DNA from: Marsupella aquatica
Taxonomy: Eukaryota > Plantae > Marchantiophyta
Assembly: GCA_973895155.1 (NCBI GenBank)
Contig: OZ316891.1
Coordinates: 3,609,801-3,673,800 of the forward strand
Length of the DNA stretch: 64,000 bases
Direction of reading: 5' to 3'
Below are positions 14,350-26,365 of this stretch, piece after piece. The notes beneath the pieces were generated by a model. It saw only the letters and a list, made by a program, of their open reading frames with translations, made no database searches and had not been told where the DNA came from. Numbering within the stretch: the stretch's first letter is position 1; each line of letters begins with the position of its first letter. Position numbers and translations under genes: made by a program.

Positions 14350-15300
14350 ATTGAGTGCCTTTTGTTTTTGGGCGGTGTGATAAATCAACTTTACTCCTAT
14401 AAGCTTGCTGAAGTTCAGGTTCTCTTATTTCTGAAATACTTTTTGGAGCTTGTACACACGCTGGACTGTTTCAGACCACAAACTTATAAAAGAACTTATT
14501 TGGATGAGGATCTCGCTCTTCCCAATGTGCTACACGTGTACCAGTAGTCTGAAAGATTCTCTTCTAGGATTCAAATTTTTAGTAGGTTTGTGGTACCCAC
14601 ACACAGTCACAATATCTTCTCCTAATCAGTAAAGGTTTCGTGTTGGTGAATTCATACAAATAAGTAAAATAGGATCTGAAGGCAATCATGAGACCTATCC
14701 TAGATCACAAAAGAACATGTAGTCAGTGTAAGGAAAACAGCAAGGGGAGGAGAACAACTGAAAATATGAGGTAGGAGCTCATCAGGTTTATCAACGGAGA
14801 ATCTAAGAGAGAGAGAGAGAGAGATGGCTTGGGCCGCTTTTTTTAGGTGAATCACACTGAAGATTACCAATTGGTTTGGTCTTCTGAAGTGCAAAAGATA
14901 TTTCTGCTTCCTTCCAGACTTTCGTGGGGGCCATCAAGAATATTTCCTACCAATCTGTTTTCTCAGTCTATGGTTCCAGTAGTTTGCGGATGCCCAACTG
15001 AGACGCGTCTTTGAAGCAATTTTGACCGACAACACTGTTTTCTTGGGCATTTTGCTGCATGTTAAGTTTTTCATGCTCTTCTGTCAGGAATTTAATTTTC
15101 TCTCCACTTCCCAAAAGTGTCCTCAACTTTTTTTAGCCCACTGGTTTTGGGATTTCACATTTTTGCTGCGGGGCTTTATATTACATATATTACATATGGC
15201 ATATAAGTATATATTACAATTAGCGGTATGGACTTTGCTAGTCTATTGTGGAGCTCAAAACAATAAGGCAAAGTACTGGGTGTTGAGAACAGGTCATACA
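14350..15300 (-). mobile_element. Decayed L1 reverse transcriptase fragment
   Basis: Minus-strand traces GRxILDG (~14940) and QLVIFSVIHLKKA (resembling ..IF.KLD.EKAY); interrupted by (GA)n at 14806-14824. Confidence 0.35.
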
Positions 15301-16599
15301 TCTGGTGCCCCATTTGAATTATAGTGGGAACACAAATAATCTGAGATGTGAGCTTTCCTGACCTTTCTGATCCAAATATAGCCGTTTTTCACAAAAACAT
15401 TGACCTTCACCAGGCTAGGAAAATGCTTGCCATGATGCCATTAGAGTTTCAATGTCCAATTAATCTTTAGAATGTTACTTGATGACAACATTAGATATGA
15501 TAAGATGTGAAATGTTAGAAATATCTTGGTAAGTGCTTTGTAAGAAACTATTGGGGGCCGGGAGTGGATGTGCACAATCATGAACATTTCCCTAGCTTAC
15601 AGAATAAGTAGGGTGACTTCCTTAGACGCACCTCACATGGGCTCCCCAACCCCTCAGTTCCTTCGCGCCAGTAGTGGTAAGGACTTAATGTTTACCTGCT
15701 GTTCAGTTTGAAGGACTGTCAATCACCCAGGTTGAGTTCTACAATATATTTTTCTTGAAGATTATCCCTCGATTTAGAGTCATCTTTCAAGGAGATCCAG
15801 GATGGGTTTTAAAACATACAAGTCTGAATGTCCATTCTTTGAATCTTAATAGAAATAAGATAACAACAAACTTTGTAAAAAAGAATATATGTTGTTCCCC
15901 TTCATCTTTGCCCCCATTAATGTTTTTGGTATTCATTTCAGTTTTGTCCTTCTTAGTTTTGTCTTTATCTAGAGTTATGGTCTAGAGGTTTCATTGTCTA
16001 TAGAAGTCTAGACCCCAACTCTAACTTTTCTTTGTGTTTTATAAGTAAGATATATCCGTTTCAAAATTACCATGTTCTCCAAACTGATTGAAATCGGCAA
16101 CCAGTCCTTCAAAAAGTGTTTTAATTGTCACCTTGTCCCAAACCTTTCCCTTGTTCTAAACCTGGCTCCTTTCCCAAATCAAAGGCAGGAGAGGCTCAAG
16201 TAATGAGCTGCTTTCTCGCCCTCTATCAATCCTGCCTGCTTGTTCTGCTCCCCAGTTCTCCTTCCGAGAAAACTATGAATGGTTTCCACATGTAGGCCCA
16301 ACAATTCAGCCGGCACGACCTTGGCTCGGCCGCACTTGACCTCTAGGGAAGGTTTGTGACCCGAGGAGGGCTGGGGCAAAGGTCTAGGAGCAAGGGAGTT
16401 GCCTCTAGCACCAGTCCACTGACCTAGTTCTTCTAGGGCTGAGGAGCCACCAGGCCCTCGTGGGTGTTACCGAAACGAGAAACTTGCCATCAAAGACATG
16501 AAATCGTTTGCAATCACAAACACTAAAATAATACCTCAAATTACACAATTGTAGCCCTGTAGCGCCCTTTCGCATGTTCACAAATTCACATATATATGG

Positions 16600-17280
16600 G
16601 CATGGGTTCGCGTGAGAGTCGCACGTGGACAAGGGCAGAGGCAGGGCGCAAATCCCAGCTCTCCCATTAGTCGAGACCTCCGCGAATGATTGTAAAGATG
16701 CCAAAAGACTCTTACCCAATCGAAACACGCCGCATAGCCCGAAAAGAGTTGACTTGATCTGGTCGAGATGGATGACCTCATCGATACGGTCATGCCATAC
16801 CATTCCCTTCTATGGTCGACATACGATGCGTCAACCAATCCCGCATCCGCAGCACCCCCTCCCCCTTCATGTCATCCCATGTCACGCCATCGGGATACTG
16901 CCCGCACCAATCCTATCCCTCTCTGACCGCGACCGATGCGGACGATCCGGGATCTTGCGTGCGCACGGGCAGAGCTCACGGGCAGGGGTACCAACCACGT
17001 CACAAGAAGCTTACAGGGAGCGGGCAGTCGGGCAGAGGGGTGATCAGACGTTCCGGATGATCTTGAATAATAAATGATTGGAGTAATTACGACGGTCGGT
17101 GTAATGGGTTATTTAATCAAAGGGAGTGGGGCAGTAAAAAAGGAAGGCGGTCAGGGCCGTCCGGATTTCGGCCCGGAAAACCCGGCCCGAGTGCCCGACT
17201 GACAGTGAGAGACCCGCGTCAATCGTGTAAGTTTGGACGGCCGTCGGCGTTGACGGCAACGACCACTTTCCGTTCTTTGG
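16600..17280. promoter_or_regulatory. CpG-rich non-coding island, candidate distal enhancer
   Basis: High CpG; CGGGCAG x4-5, CACGTG, TGACG/CGTCA x4, CCAATC x3, CCGGATTTCGG..CCGGAAAACCCGG. Confidence 0.45.
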
Positions 17281-17465
17281 GTGTTACTTTTACTAATGTT
17301 GTTTTTAGGGAGTCGGATTTTTTTGACTGATCGCCTTGACCGTACAAACCAGGACTCTCAGTGCAGTTTAGACAAAAGGATCCATTCTCAACACACACTT
17401 CTCGTTTCTAATTATTATATTAAAAGGATCCCAAATAACTTAGGCCCTCTCAACGCACTAATGTA

Positions 17466-17734
17466 ATCTACTTATATAAAAGTTTTAAACTGTATTCATT
17501 AAATATATTTTAATTTAAAATATTACTATTGTGTTTATTCTATTTATAAATATGACCGTTTTAGTATATATTTTCTTCAGTTACTTTGTTTGACTTATCA
17601 TCTACTTATATAAAAGTTTTAAACTGTATTCACTAAATATATTTTAATTAAAAATATTACTATTGTGTTTATTCTATTTATAAATATGACCGTTTTAGTA
17701 TATACTTTACTTTAGTTACTTTGTTTGACTTATC
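17466..17734 (+). repeat. Near-identical tandem duplication of a ~134-bp AT-rich unit, possibly a non-autonomous Helitron 5' end
   Basis: atctacttatataaaagttttaaactgtattca...tttgtttgacttatc occurs at 17466 and 17599; A|TC start; weak hairpin plus CTAG at ~17890-17922. The duplication is certain, the Helitron identity is tentative. Confidence 0.75.
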
Positions 17735-18892
17735 ATTTTTATACAAAATCATGGTATTTATAAATAAATAAAACCATTGCAGTGTTATCAATTTGAACAT
17801 TTTTGGTGACAAACTGATTAAAAGTTGTTATATGACAAGGATCCCAAGCAAATTACTTTAACACACTTATCTAATCTAATTATATCATCGCAATGGAGAA
17901 GTTATTCTTTGCCGTCTACTAGGGGAGTGAAGCCTTCTGACCATGAGTTCAGGGAATTGGGGGTGTGAGTGAAAAACAGGGATTGGGAGTTCTGACCATG
18001 AGTTCAGGGGTGTAACTTAAATTAGGGGTGTGAGTGAAAAACAGGGATTGGGCGTCTTTGCACCCATTTGACTTGAATATCCTTATCCGGATCCTCATCT
18101 CTATATACTTTAAAAGAATGGACACTCAGGTGAGTGTATATAACACTCAAAAATAATTAGTCTAAATTACTACATAAACTACGATGGCAGTGAGAGTTGA
18201 CAGCAACAACCACTTTTAGAAGTTTGGGTTCCTCTTACTATTGCAGCACTGTTGTTTTGGGAGTCAGATTTATTTGACCCCTCCCTTGGTGCAGAATACT
18301 CAATTCCTGCACAGATTTTACACAAAGAATCCCAAATAATTTAAGGCCATCTCAACACGCTAAAGCATGGTTAGTCTAGACTGCTAACCCAAATGTTTGT
18401 GATGTATCCTACCTTATGCCCATCCCATTCACAAGCATAGTTTAAATATTGAAAATTTCTGTTACTAGATTTGTCACAAAGATTAGCAGCACAAATGTTT
18501 TGAAGATGGGAACTTCATAAGTTATTATATCCTGTACTTAGCATTTATCCAATTCTCAACCAAGGTGGGAGAGGTCTCCAAGATTGAAATAAAAATTGGG
18601 ATAAAAATATGACAGCAGTGTAAAGATGATTTTGTACGGATCCCAGTTTGGAGAGGGGCACTGTGAAATTTAAGACTGAACATTGTTTTGTGGCCTTGAT
18701 GTAGGGTCCCGTTGTGAAGGCTCTCTGAGAAGGTAAAGGTTTCCAATTTTGGAGACATATTTGACAGTCCCAGTGGGTTTTGCAAAATTTTACTAAGTGG
18801 GCCAATACCAGCCAATTAGTGGGCCCTTATGTTGGTGAATGAAGTGGAGCCAAGGGTCTTCCCAAATCTTAGGACTGTCTCCAAACTGAAGG

Positions 18893-21800
18893 TTTTTATA
18901 AAAATATACACACTTTTTATATACAAAGGGACCAATCAGAGTACAAATGAACAAACAAAAGAGGGCCCAAGTGGACAAAACCAATCGAAAAAGAAATGAG
19001 CAAAAGGGAACCACTAAACACCAAGAAAGAGGAACTAAAAGTAAGAAATGAGCAATAGGGAACCCCTAAAAACCAAGAAAGAGAGACTAAATCTAACCCA
19101 ATCGGACCGAAGTCCTCATCATTCCTAGCGAATGTGGCAAAAAGCTACTGGTCCACATCAAGGGTCAAAGCTAGATCGGCAAGTGGGATTGGAACATCCT
19201 CTAGGGGAGCTAGCCGCTGCGGAGGCACACTAGCACCCACTGTAAGAGATCGACGATAGATGGCCCGAGCTTGAGCACGCTGCAAGGTGACTGAAATGCA
19301 TTGGCGAAAGTGCGTGGTCAAAATAGAAAGCGGGGGTCCGGTGGGACCCATGCGGCCATGAACATCCCGGGCAGCTTGCCGAAGAAGCCCATCAAACTGA
19401 GGATGAAGACGCCCAAATAGCTCCAGAGCAAGGGGGAGGAAGCTGTCGGATGAAGCTCGTGCAGCATATTTGGCCTCTTTCGTTGTTGTCGCACGTGACG
19501 CTGCTGCCCCTGCCGTAGTTGCCGCTGTCCCAATGATATCTTGGCGCAATGGGTTTGCCACCACTACATCTGCCAATGTCCGTTGACCCTCACGGACCAT
19601 GGTAAGATCCACCCGTAACCGCTGTGATGGAGGACCAGGTAACTCGAGTACCACCTCCCATCGCACACATAGCAAAGAGCCAGAGAGAACCTGAGCAGTC
19701 GCATCTTGCACAACATCGTGAACAATAATGGTTTCACCTCCCAAACTGCACCAAAGAAGATGGACACCTGTGGCATCACAAGGCTTCCCACAAGTGCAAG
19801 AAGGGGGTAAACCTGCAAGAAGTGGGTGGGGCAGCCCCATACGAAGACGCATGGCTGTGGAGAACTCCGTTGAAGACATCCACAAATGAGGAATGACTGG
19901 ATTGGCCTGAAGCCATCCACCTGCGCCCTTCCCTCCGGAAGAAAGAATCCGAGCTCGGTCCGTGTCAGGTGCCTCGGAGAGGATGCTGGAAAGGGTGAAA
20001 GCGTGCATACGCCCTGCGAGGTCTGCCTGAAGATGAACGGGATCCAAGGATAAAAAATCCTAAAAAAAGGTAACGCGGCGCAAACGGGATCTGGTAATGA
20101 GGACCGCGCTGCGCGCAAATGAACCTGAAATGGGAGGGAACCCTCCTCTATCTCCATGAGAGAAAAAAAGTAAAAAAGGGCGATCCTCAATAAGAAAACG
20201 ATCGGCCAACAATGAGAAGGCGGCCACCCACGCACCCAAAAAGGCCAAAGGTGCAAGGCTCTCAATGGAAGTAAGCCCAAAACCACCCTGCGAAATAGGA
20301 AGACTGAGTTGTTGATGAAGCCACGGAGATGAGAGCAACGTACCCGGCCCCAAAAGAGAGGCCAGGGTCTGACGAATGGAGACATCAAATGCTCGAAAGT
20401 GGAGACAAAGATCCTCGGTAGGGGGATGCGTCCTAGCCAGATAAGACGCACGAGGGTGGATGCACCTCAACAACATCCCAAATGCTGCCTGAGAATCTGC
20501 TAACTTAGGGAGCATAGGAGTAGAGGCTAAGGCAGCCTGTAGAGAGTCAGCGATGAAAGAGGAGCAAAAGGAGGCGGTACCGACTGGGGAGCCAAGGACC
20601 CGAAGACCATCGGCTGGACGTAAGAACCCTGGGGGAAGCGCAAGATCAGAGGGTAACCCATCTGGACTCCATGCACGACTCTTCACAGGCTGAACTCGTA
20701 AACCGAGGCCCATCAAATGGGTGGAAAGAGTGGCGAGGGCAGAAGTAACCGCGGCAGGAGGACCAATGATGTGGGTGTCATCTGAAAGGGAGGGGAAGAT
20801 ACACTGGGGGTGGGCCATGGCGGCTTCCCGTGAAGCTGTAAAATGGGCAATGGCAAAAAGAGGCCCACCCAAAGGGTCACCCTGACGAGTACCTTTTGCA
20901 GAGGAAAGAGTGGTATACACACTTGTAGAGGAGTGATGACTATAGAAGAGTGGGGCCTTGAGTCCATAAAAACAACGGACAAAGGGGATCAGGGACTGGA
21001 TGTCTGGATCTGCCGCCCTCAAAGCACGAAAAATGGCTGCCCGAGAAACCGTATTAAAAGCGTTAGAGACATCAACCTGGAGGACAACCCAATCAGGGTG
21101 GAGGTCCAAGGTAGCTCGAATACCCGCAATAACTGTCTCACAACCGCCAGGAACGCCAACTGCAAACTGATGTGGAGAGAGATGATCCGATAGTGCAGAG
21201 CGAAACTGTGAGGAAAGTGTGCGAGACACAAGTCGAAGAAAAACCTCCCCAATAGCAATTGGCCGAACACCCGGTGAAGACTTAGCCATGGCCAATAAAC
21301 GAGAAGCACTCAAGAGCCGAGAGACGGGAGGAGGCAAACGACCGGCTGCAATACACTGGCAAAAGGAGAAGAAAACTGGAAAACCAAACTGAGGATCCTC
21401 AGGGGGGAATAAATCCCGAAAATGCTCAAAGACATAGCCGAAGGGGCCACCAGAAGCACAATGCGGGGCATGGAGGAAGGCATAGGTGAAGTGGTCCCTA
21501 CTAAATTGAAGATCCTCCTCAGGCTCAAAATCCTCTACGAACAAAGGGAGCTGATCATGGGGCTGCGGATGGAGATCCTGAAGGGCCGACGAGGTGAGCT
21601 CGCCAGGGGGGCTGGTGTGGTGGGAGAAAGGGCCTGGACAGCCCGACGATATTCACCAGCCTAGGTAAACGACAAGAGCGATGAAGACGTCTATGCTCAG
21701 GGGGATGAGAGTGGCGGGCTGGGTCAGACAAAGCACGGGCGGTAAAAGACCGGGCACGAAGAAAGTACTCTTCCTGAAGCTGCTCCCAATCTCCCCGCAA

Positions 21801-22850
21801 AAAACGATGGATACGAGAGGCAGTCTCACGGTGACCCACACGACCACCATGACTAGGGAGGGTAAGAGACCACTGTGGAAAAAGCATCAGTAAAGACCAG
21901 TAGGAGACCTCCATAGGATGCGCCAAGATAAGCTGCATGAGTTGCAACAAGGAGGACCGAACTAAAGGGCGCAGCGCCAGAGGAATGTGGTTATAAAGGC
22001 GAGATCTAATGTACCCTGGATGGTAGGCTGGAAGGGGGTCTAGAGTGCGAACCCAACTCCATGCCTGCTCGGGAGCCTCCAAGGAGGGAGGGACAGAGCT
22101 AACCGGGTCAATAGGGGGCTGAGGCTGGGATTGTGCTTGCTGGCGACGATGGCACCGGCCCCGCCCGCGATGATGAGGGAGGGAGATGCCAACCCATCCA
22201 CAGTCAGGACAAGTATGCAGGGGACGCTCGTCCGGCGAGGGAGCAGGGAAAGACTGGACAGGAGGTGGGGGTGGAACAAATGTGGACGAGGAGGCCGGAG
22301 GAGGATGATGAATGGGTGGAGAGGGAATGGGGTGGGGAGAGGAGCCAAGGCGACGATGGGGTGGGCAGTAGACGGGGGGGACTAGCAGAGCATCGGGCAT
22401 GGGGTCATCACGAAGATGAGAGAGATCCAGTGAAGAAGAGAAAACACGAAGACGGCCACGAGGGGGAGGGGAGGACGGGGGAGAAGTGTGGGGTGGGGCT
22501 GGGCGCTTGCCCCGCGCCAACACTCTCAATGTAGACATGACAGGCCGCAAACCGATGAAAGCAAAAACGCATCAAGAAGCGACAAAAGGCCCAACCGAGG
22601 CAGGTGAAAAGAAAGGGGAGGCGATGGAGAGAGCCCACCGCATCAGGCCGAGAAACGGCGCCACCGCTAGCTGAGGAAACCGTTGAGCAGGTGCAGGAAC
22701 AGTAAGGAACAAAGTTGAAGCGCCCGTCGAGCTGTCCGCTGGGGAGTCGACGCAAGTGAAGATCCGTCCTCTAGATTGAGCGTGCGGCTACAGCTCCCGA
22801 AGGCGACAACCAATTGGAGGAGAAAGCGATGGCCTAAAGCCGATGTGACT
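18893..22850 (-). mobile_element. Near-full-length non-LTR retrotransposon with C-terminal restriction-like endonuclease (CRE-clade-like)
   Basis: Zn finger CPDC..HH..C; RT motifs GVRPIAIGEVFLRL, PHQFAVGVPGGCE, QVDVSNAFN, GTRQGDPLGG, FPSLSDDT, VLGSP; CTCG...HLLWC knuckle; RLE HD..RVD..DV..KEAKY..FLPLALELFG; T-rich 3'UTR with a 41-bp direct repeat (18991/19043). Ends approximate, no TSD found. Confidence 0.9.
19145..22538 (-). pseudogene. Single RT-RLE ORF of the element (~1130 aa), broken by 4 frameshifts
   Basis: ATG at 22538; frames join at ~21660, ~21608, ~20165 and ~20063; stop at 19145; no in-frame stops in the stitched path. Confidence 0.8.
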
Positions 22851-24639
22851 CGCTCATACGTTGACCCAAATCGAGTTGTGAAGACGCCAAGATCGCCAAA
22901 CGCGCAGCCAATGTGAAAAAATGGCGAAACCTAAATCTGATGTAACTCGCTCAATTGGTGACCGTTTGGGGCACAATTCATATCGATTTTTATGTATACA
23001 ATTTGCATTTAATAACAGAGAATGTACTCCATGAACATTTGACCAATTGGTTTTGTAATGCAAGAGTTGGTTATGGGAGGTTTTTGGTCTTTGGACAAAA
23101 TGCAAAAAACAGATATAGTCATTAGTTTACTTGGAGACACTAGTACCTTACACCTTCATATAAACTCATATGAGGTTTCATATTTGTTCATATGTTATTT
23201 ACTCTTCGGCATTTCCCCTTTCACGGGCCCTTTCATTGGATTTTGGTAGTAGTTGATAGACGTGGTCCTCTTTGCATTCATTTTAAGCAATATGAATCAT
23301 GATCATAAATATTTAAGTTAATGACATGCTTGCTGCAATAAACACTACCACTTTAATTATACTCAATTCATTTGATTGCAAACCATAAACCCTAAACCCT
23401 TTAGTCCCTTCTGGTTATTGTGGCCCAGGATAGCATGGTTATTGTTAGCAATACACACTTTTGCAGTTCTGGGACTAATCTGGCATATCTCAAAATGCAT
23501 AAGGGAGAAAAGGCTCACCCTAAACATAAACATTAAAATTATCAGAAAACAGTCCTTCCCACATGGCTTTGCTAGTTTATCTTGCGGTAAAGCAAGGGGT
23601 ACAGCTTTGCTTCAAGCATAAACCCTACTAATTTTGTGCCCGCCTATTTCATCATCTTGCCCAGACCAACTAAATGATGGTGCTTGCCTAAACCCATGAG
23701 AGAACACTGCTCCTGCCAAGAACCCACAAAAAGTGACATTGTCGCTCGATAGTGCATCGCTTTCCGACTTATCAAAACTCTACAACAATTTGAAGACATA
23801 ATACACAATGTCTTCAAAATCCTAACCAGGAATTCAAGTTCCTGCAACAGCAGGAAATTGCGGCCCTATTGCATACAGAGATATGGTCAAGCACAGGAGG
23901 CAATTGTAGTGGTGACAAGGTAAGGCATGGAAGGGGCCTTTACAATTTGGCCTTCCAGAAGAACTGAGAGTATGGCTCATTAAGAGAGGGTTGATCAGGC
24001 CAAAAAACTTTCTTGGGGATGGATCAAGTAAAACTTTACTATCAGGGGGTCTTCTGAGCATATCCCTCCCGCTCAATCTCTTGGAATGCATTGTGCCTTC
24101 CGCTAGTCCTTCACCTCAAAGCTCAAATAACTGTCCTTTAATTTTGTTGTAGGAAATGCTGTACTGCATAACTGTCCATTAATTTTGCTCTGGGAAATGC
24201 TTGTCTGCTTGTTGCACACCCGCCCCCCCCCCCCCCCCCTTCTAAGAACATGGAGAATGGGAGGATCAATGTCAGTTTGCTCAAGAGATATATCTGATGG
24301 ATCCCCAAAGTAAAAACTTGGTGGACACCATAAGTGACCCAGGCCATTGATGGACCTTAAATCAGCATACCCAAAATCTCATGGGGCCCATAACATTTAT
24401 CAATTAGGCTCCATCAAACATATCTCTTCAGTTTGCTCCTCGAAGGTATACCGATTACAGCAAAAGAGACCACCAAGTTTACACAGGGTTGGTTTGCTCC
24501 TTGAAGAGGGACCAATTACAGCAAAAGAAACAAGCAAGCAATAACACATGGTTGGTTCCTTGCGTGCTTGTTTGTTGCTGCCCCTTTTGGGGAAACCCAA
24601 CGAACCACCTGTGATGAGAAGAGTGATTATTAATTAATG

Positions 24640-25220
24640 TTCCTTGGCCTGCCTGGCCGGGCCATGAACACTCCCCACCCACCAATCCACCCGCCCACGG
24701 GCTGCATGAGGCCTACCTGCCCAAGAGCCCAGCTCTAGGGAATGAGACCAGCTGATTAATTTACCGATTTCGCTGACCTGCTGCCCCGCTGGGGACACAG
24801 ACGGCCCGGCACCCAGCACCGAGTAGTGTACTCGAGTGCGACGTTCGCGGGCAGGCTGGGGCGGGCAGGTTGGCCGGCCGGGCACAATGACGGGGCAACG
24901 GGGCAAGTTCCTTATGCCCGCGGCAGGAAGCGGGCACGGAAAGATCGCGCGCGGGTCGGGGACAAACTGAATTGACTTTTTAAAATTATTTTGCTTGACT
25001 GCTTGAGGGCAGCAGGAGGCGGGGTGTGGGGGGGGGGAGGGGAGAGGCCGACAATCGAAAATCCGAATTGGACGGACGGGAAGGGCCAGGGCCAAGGCCG
25101 GCCAGCTGACTGCCCGAGGAGTACCTGGCGTCAAGGGAGAGGGAAGGTGCCTCGTGAGGTGATATCATGCCATGCGTGCACAAAATCCCAACGTCGTCAC
25201 CAAAAGAAAGCATAATCAAT
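24640..25220. promoter_or_regulatory. CpG-rich non-coding island, candidate distal enhancer
   Basis: Very high GC/CpG; at least 6 CGGGCA/TGCCCG, TGACG/CGTCA x4, CCAATC; ORFs are compositionally spurious. Confidence 0.45.
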
Positions 25221-25427
25221 TCTACAGTTGGCTGAATAGATGGAGCTTATGGGTCATGGGTTATTCTTAGTGGGTGTTGACTGAGTGACCAGGTAAGATG
25301 ATTATAGATGCCATTGCTAAAACGGGTCCTTCCCTGGTTCTCCTTCTCCTCTTTCTTATTTTGGCCTAATTGGGGTTTTCCCCTTTAAGATCCTGTCTCC
25401 AAAACTTGGGATTTTTTTTGTATTAGT

Positions 25428-25494
25428 GGGTCTCAAATATTGGTCCGGGCAATTTAGTCCGGGAAAACATAAAGCGACCCAATATTTGAGACCC
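25428..25494. repeat. Perfect 16-bp inverted repeat (tiny MITE or hairpin)
   Basis: gggtctcaaatattgg ... ccaatatttgagaccc with a 35-nt spacer. Confidence 0.8.
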
Positions 25495-26119
25495 CTATTT
25501 GACACGCAATATATATAGTTGGATCATACTTGGAACACATCTAATGCACAGGGAGGTGGAGCTTGATGGACAGTGCTATCCAGATGGTTAATAGACCTTG
25601 AAAGACCTTAAATCAATATACCCTAAAGCTTGTGAGATTGATTGGGCAGGAAATCTTAGTTTGGGGGTCCATCAAGCAAATATCTCATTTTAGTGACAAA
25701 ACATGCTACATTCCGCGTCTTTAAGAAGTTTTTTGCCCACTTTTGTATGAAATTTGCTCAAATTTCTCTTTCCCATTAGCCAGTTTCCCACCTAGCCACA
25801 AACCCCCGTTAACCAGAATCCAATGGTCATGCTTTAATCTTGGAGATCAAACAATCCCAACGTTCTTCTCTATTAGCATCTCTCCTTCACACAAAGTTGA
25901 ATTTGCCACACTGGCTAAGAAAAGGGAAAACTTTAAATATTAAGCCTAGGCATTATTACCGAGTTTCATTCTTTACAGGTTTCTTTTAAAGAATACTACA
26001 AAGAACAAAAGCCACCGTATATGGAGACAAGATCCCAAAGACAAGCAACCCAATAGAGGGGTGAAAACAAGGGAAAAAACAAGGATAAACTATGGATTGC
26101 CAAAAAGTCCAAGAAAAAG

Positions 26120-26365
26120 CTTTTTGAAGCAGTTGTGAGTTGCATTTGGCACATTCATTATCCTTATTAGGGCCAAAGCACTTTTTGACAGCAGGTGTCA
26201 CTTGAATTAGAAACACTATCTTTCTTAGGGCCAAAGCACTTTTTGGCAGCAGGTGTAAGTTGCATTAGAGGCAGTATCCTTCTTGGGGCCAAGGAGTTTT
26301 TTCGCAGGGGGTGTTAGTTGCATTAGAGAGAGCTCATATATTAGCTATCTTTTGTAGGGCCAAGA
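26120..26365. repeat. ~58-bp tandem repeat, 3-4 copies
   Basis: gggccaaagcactttttg(a/g)cagcaggtgt...ttg(a/c)attaga repeated at ~26170, 26228, 26286. Confidence 0.8.

Noticed and set aside
20713-22674. Overlapping and antisense ORFs within the CRE-like element
   Set aside because: Shadow frames of GC-rich coding sequence; only the stitched RT-RLE path has motifs
23387-23630. AAACCCT telomere-like motifs near the 5' end of the CRE-like element as its target site
   Set aside because: Only 1-2 units each, more than 500 bp from the apparent junction, and none at the 3' junction
9577-25219. Longer ORFs in the GC islands (9665-10210, 16625-17077, 24634-25134)
   Set aside because: Non-ATG starts, Arg/Pro/Gly-biased, no motifs, open in several frames; expected from high GC
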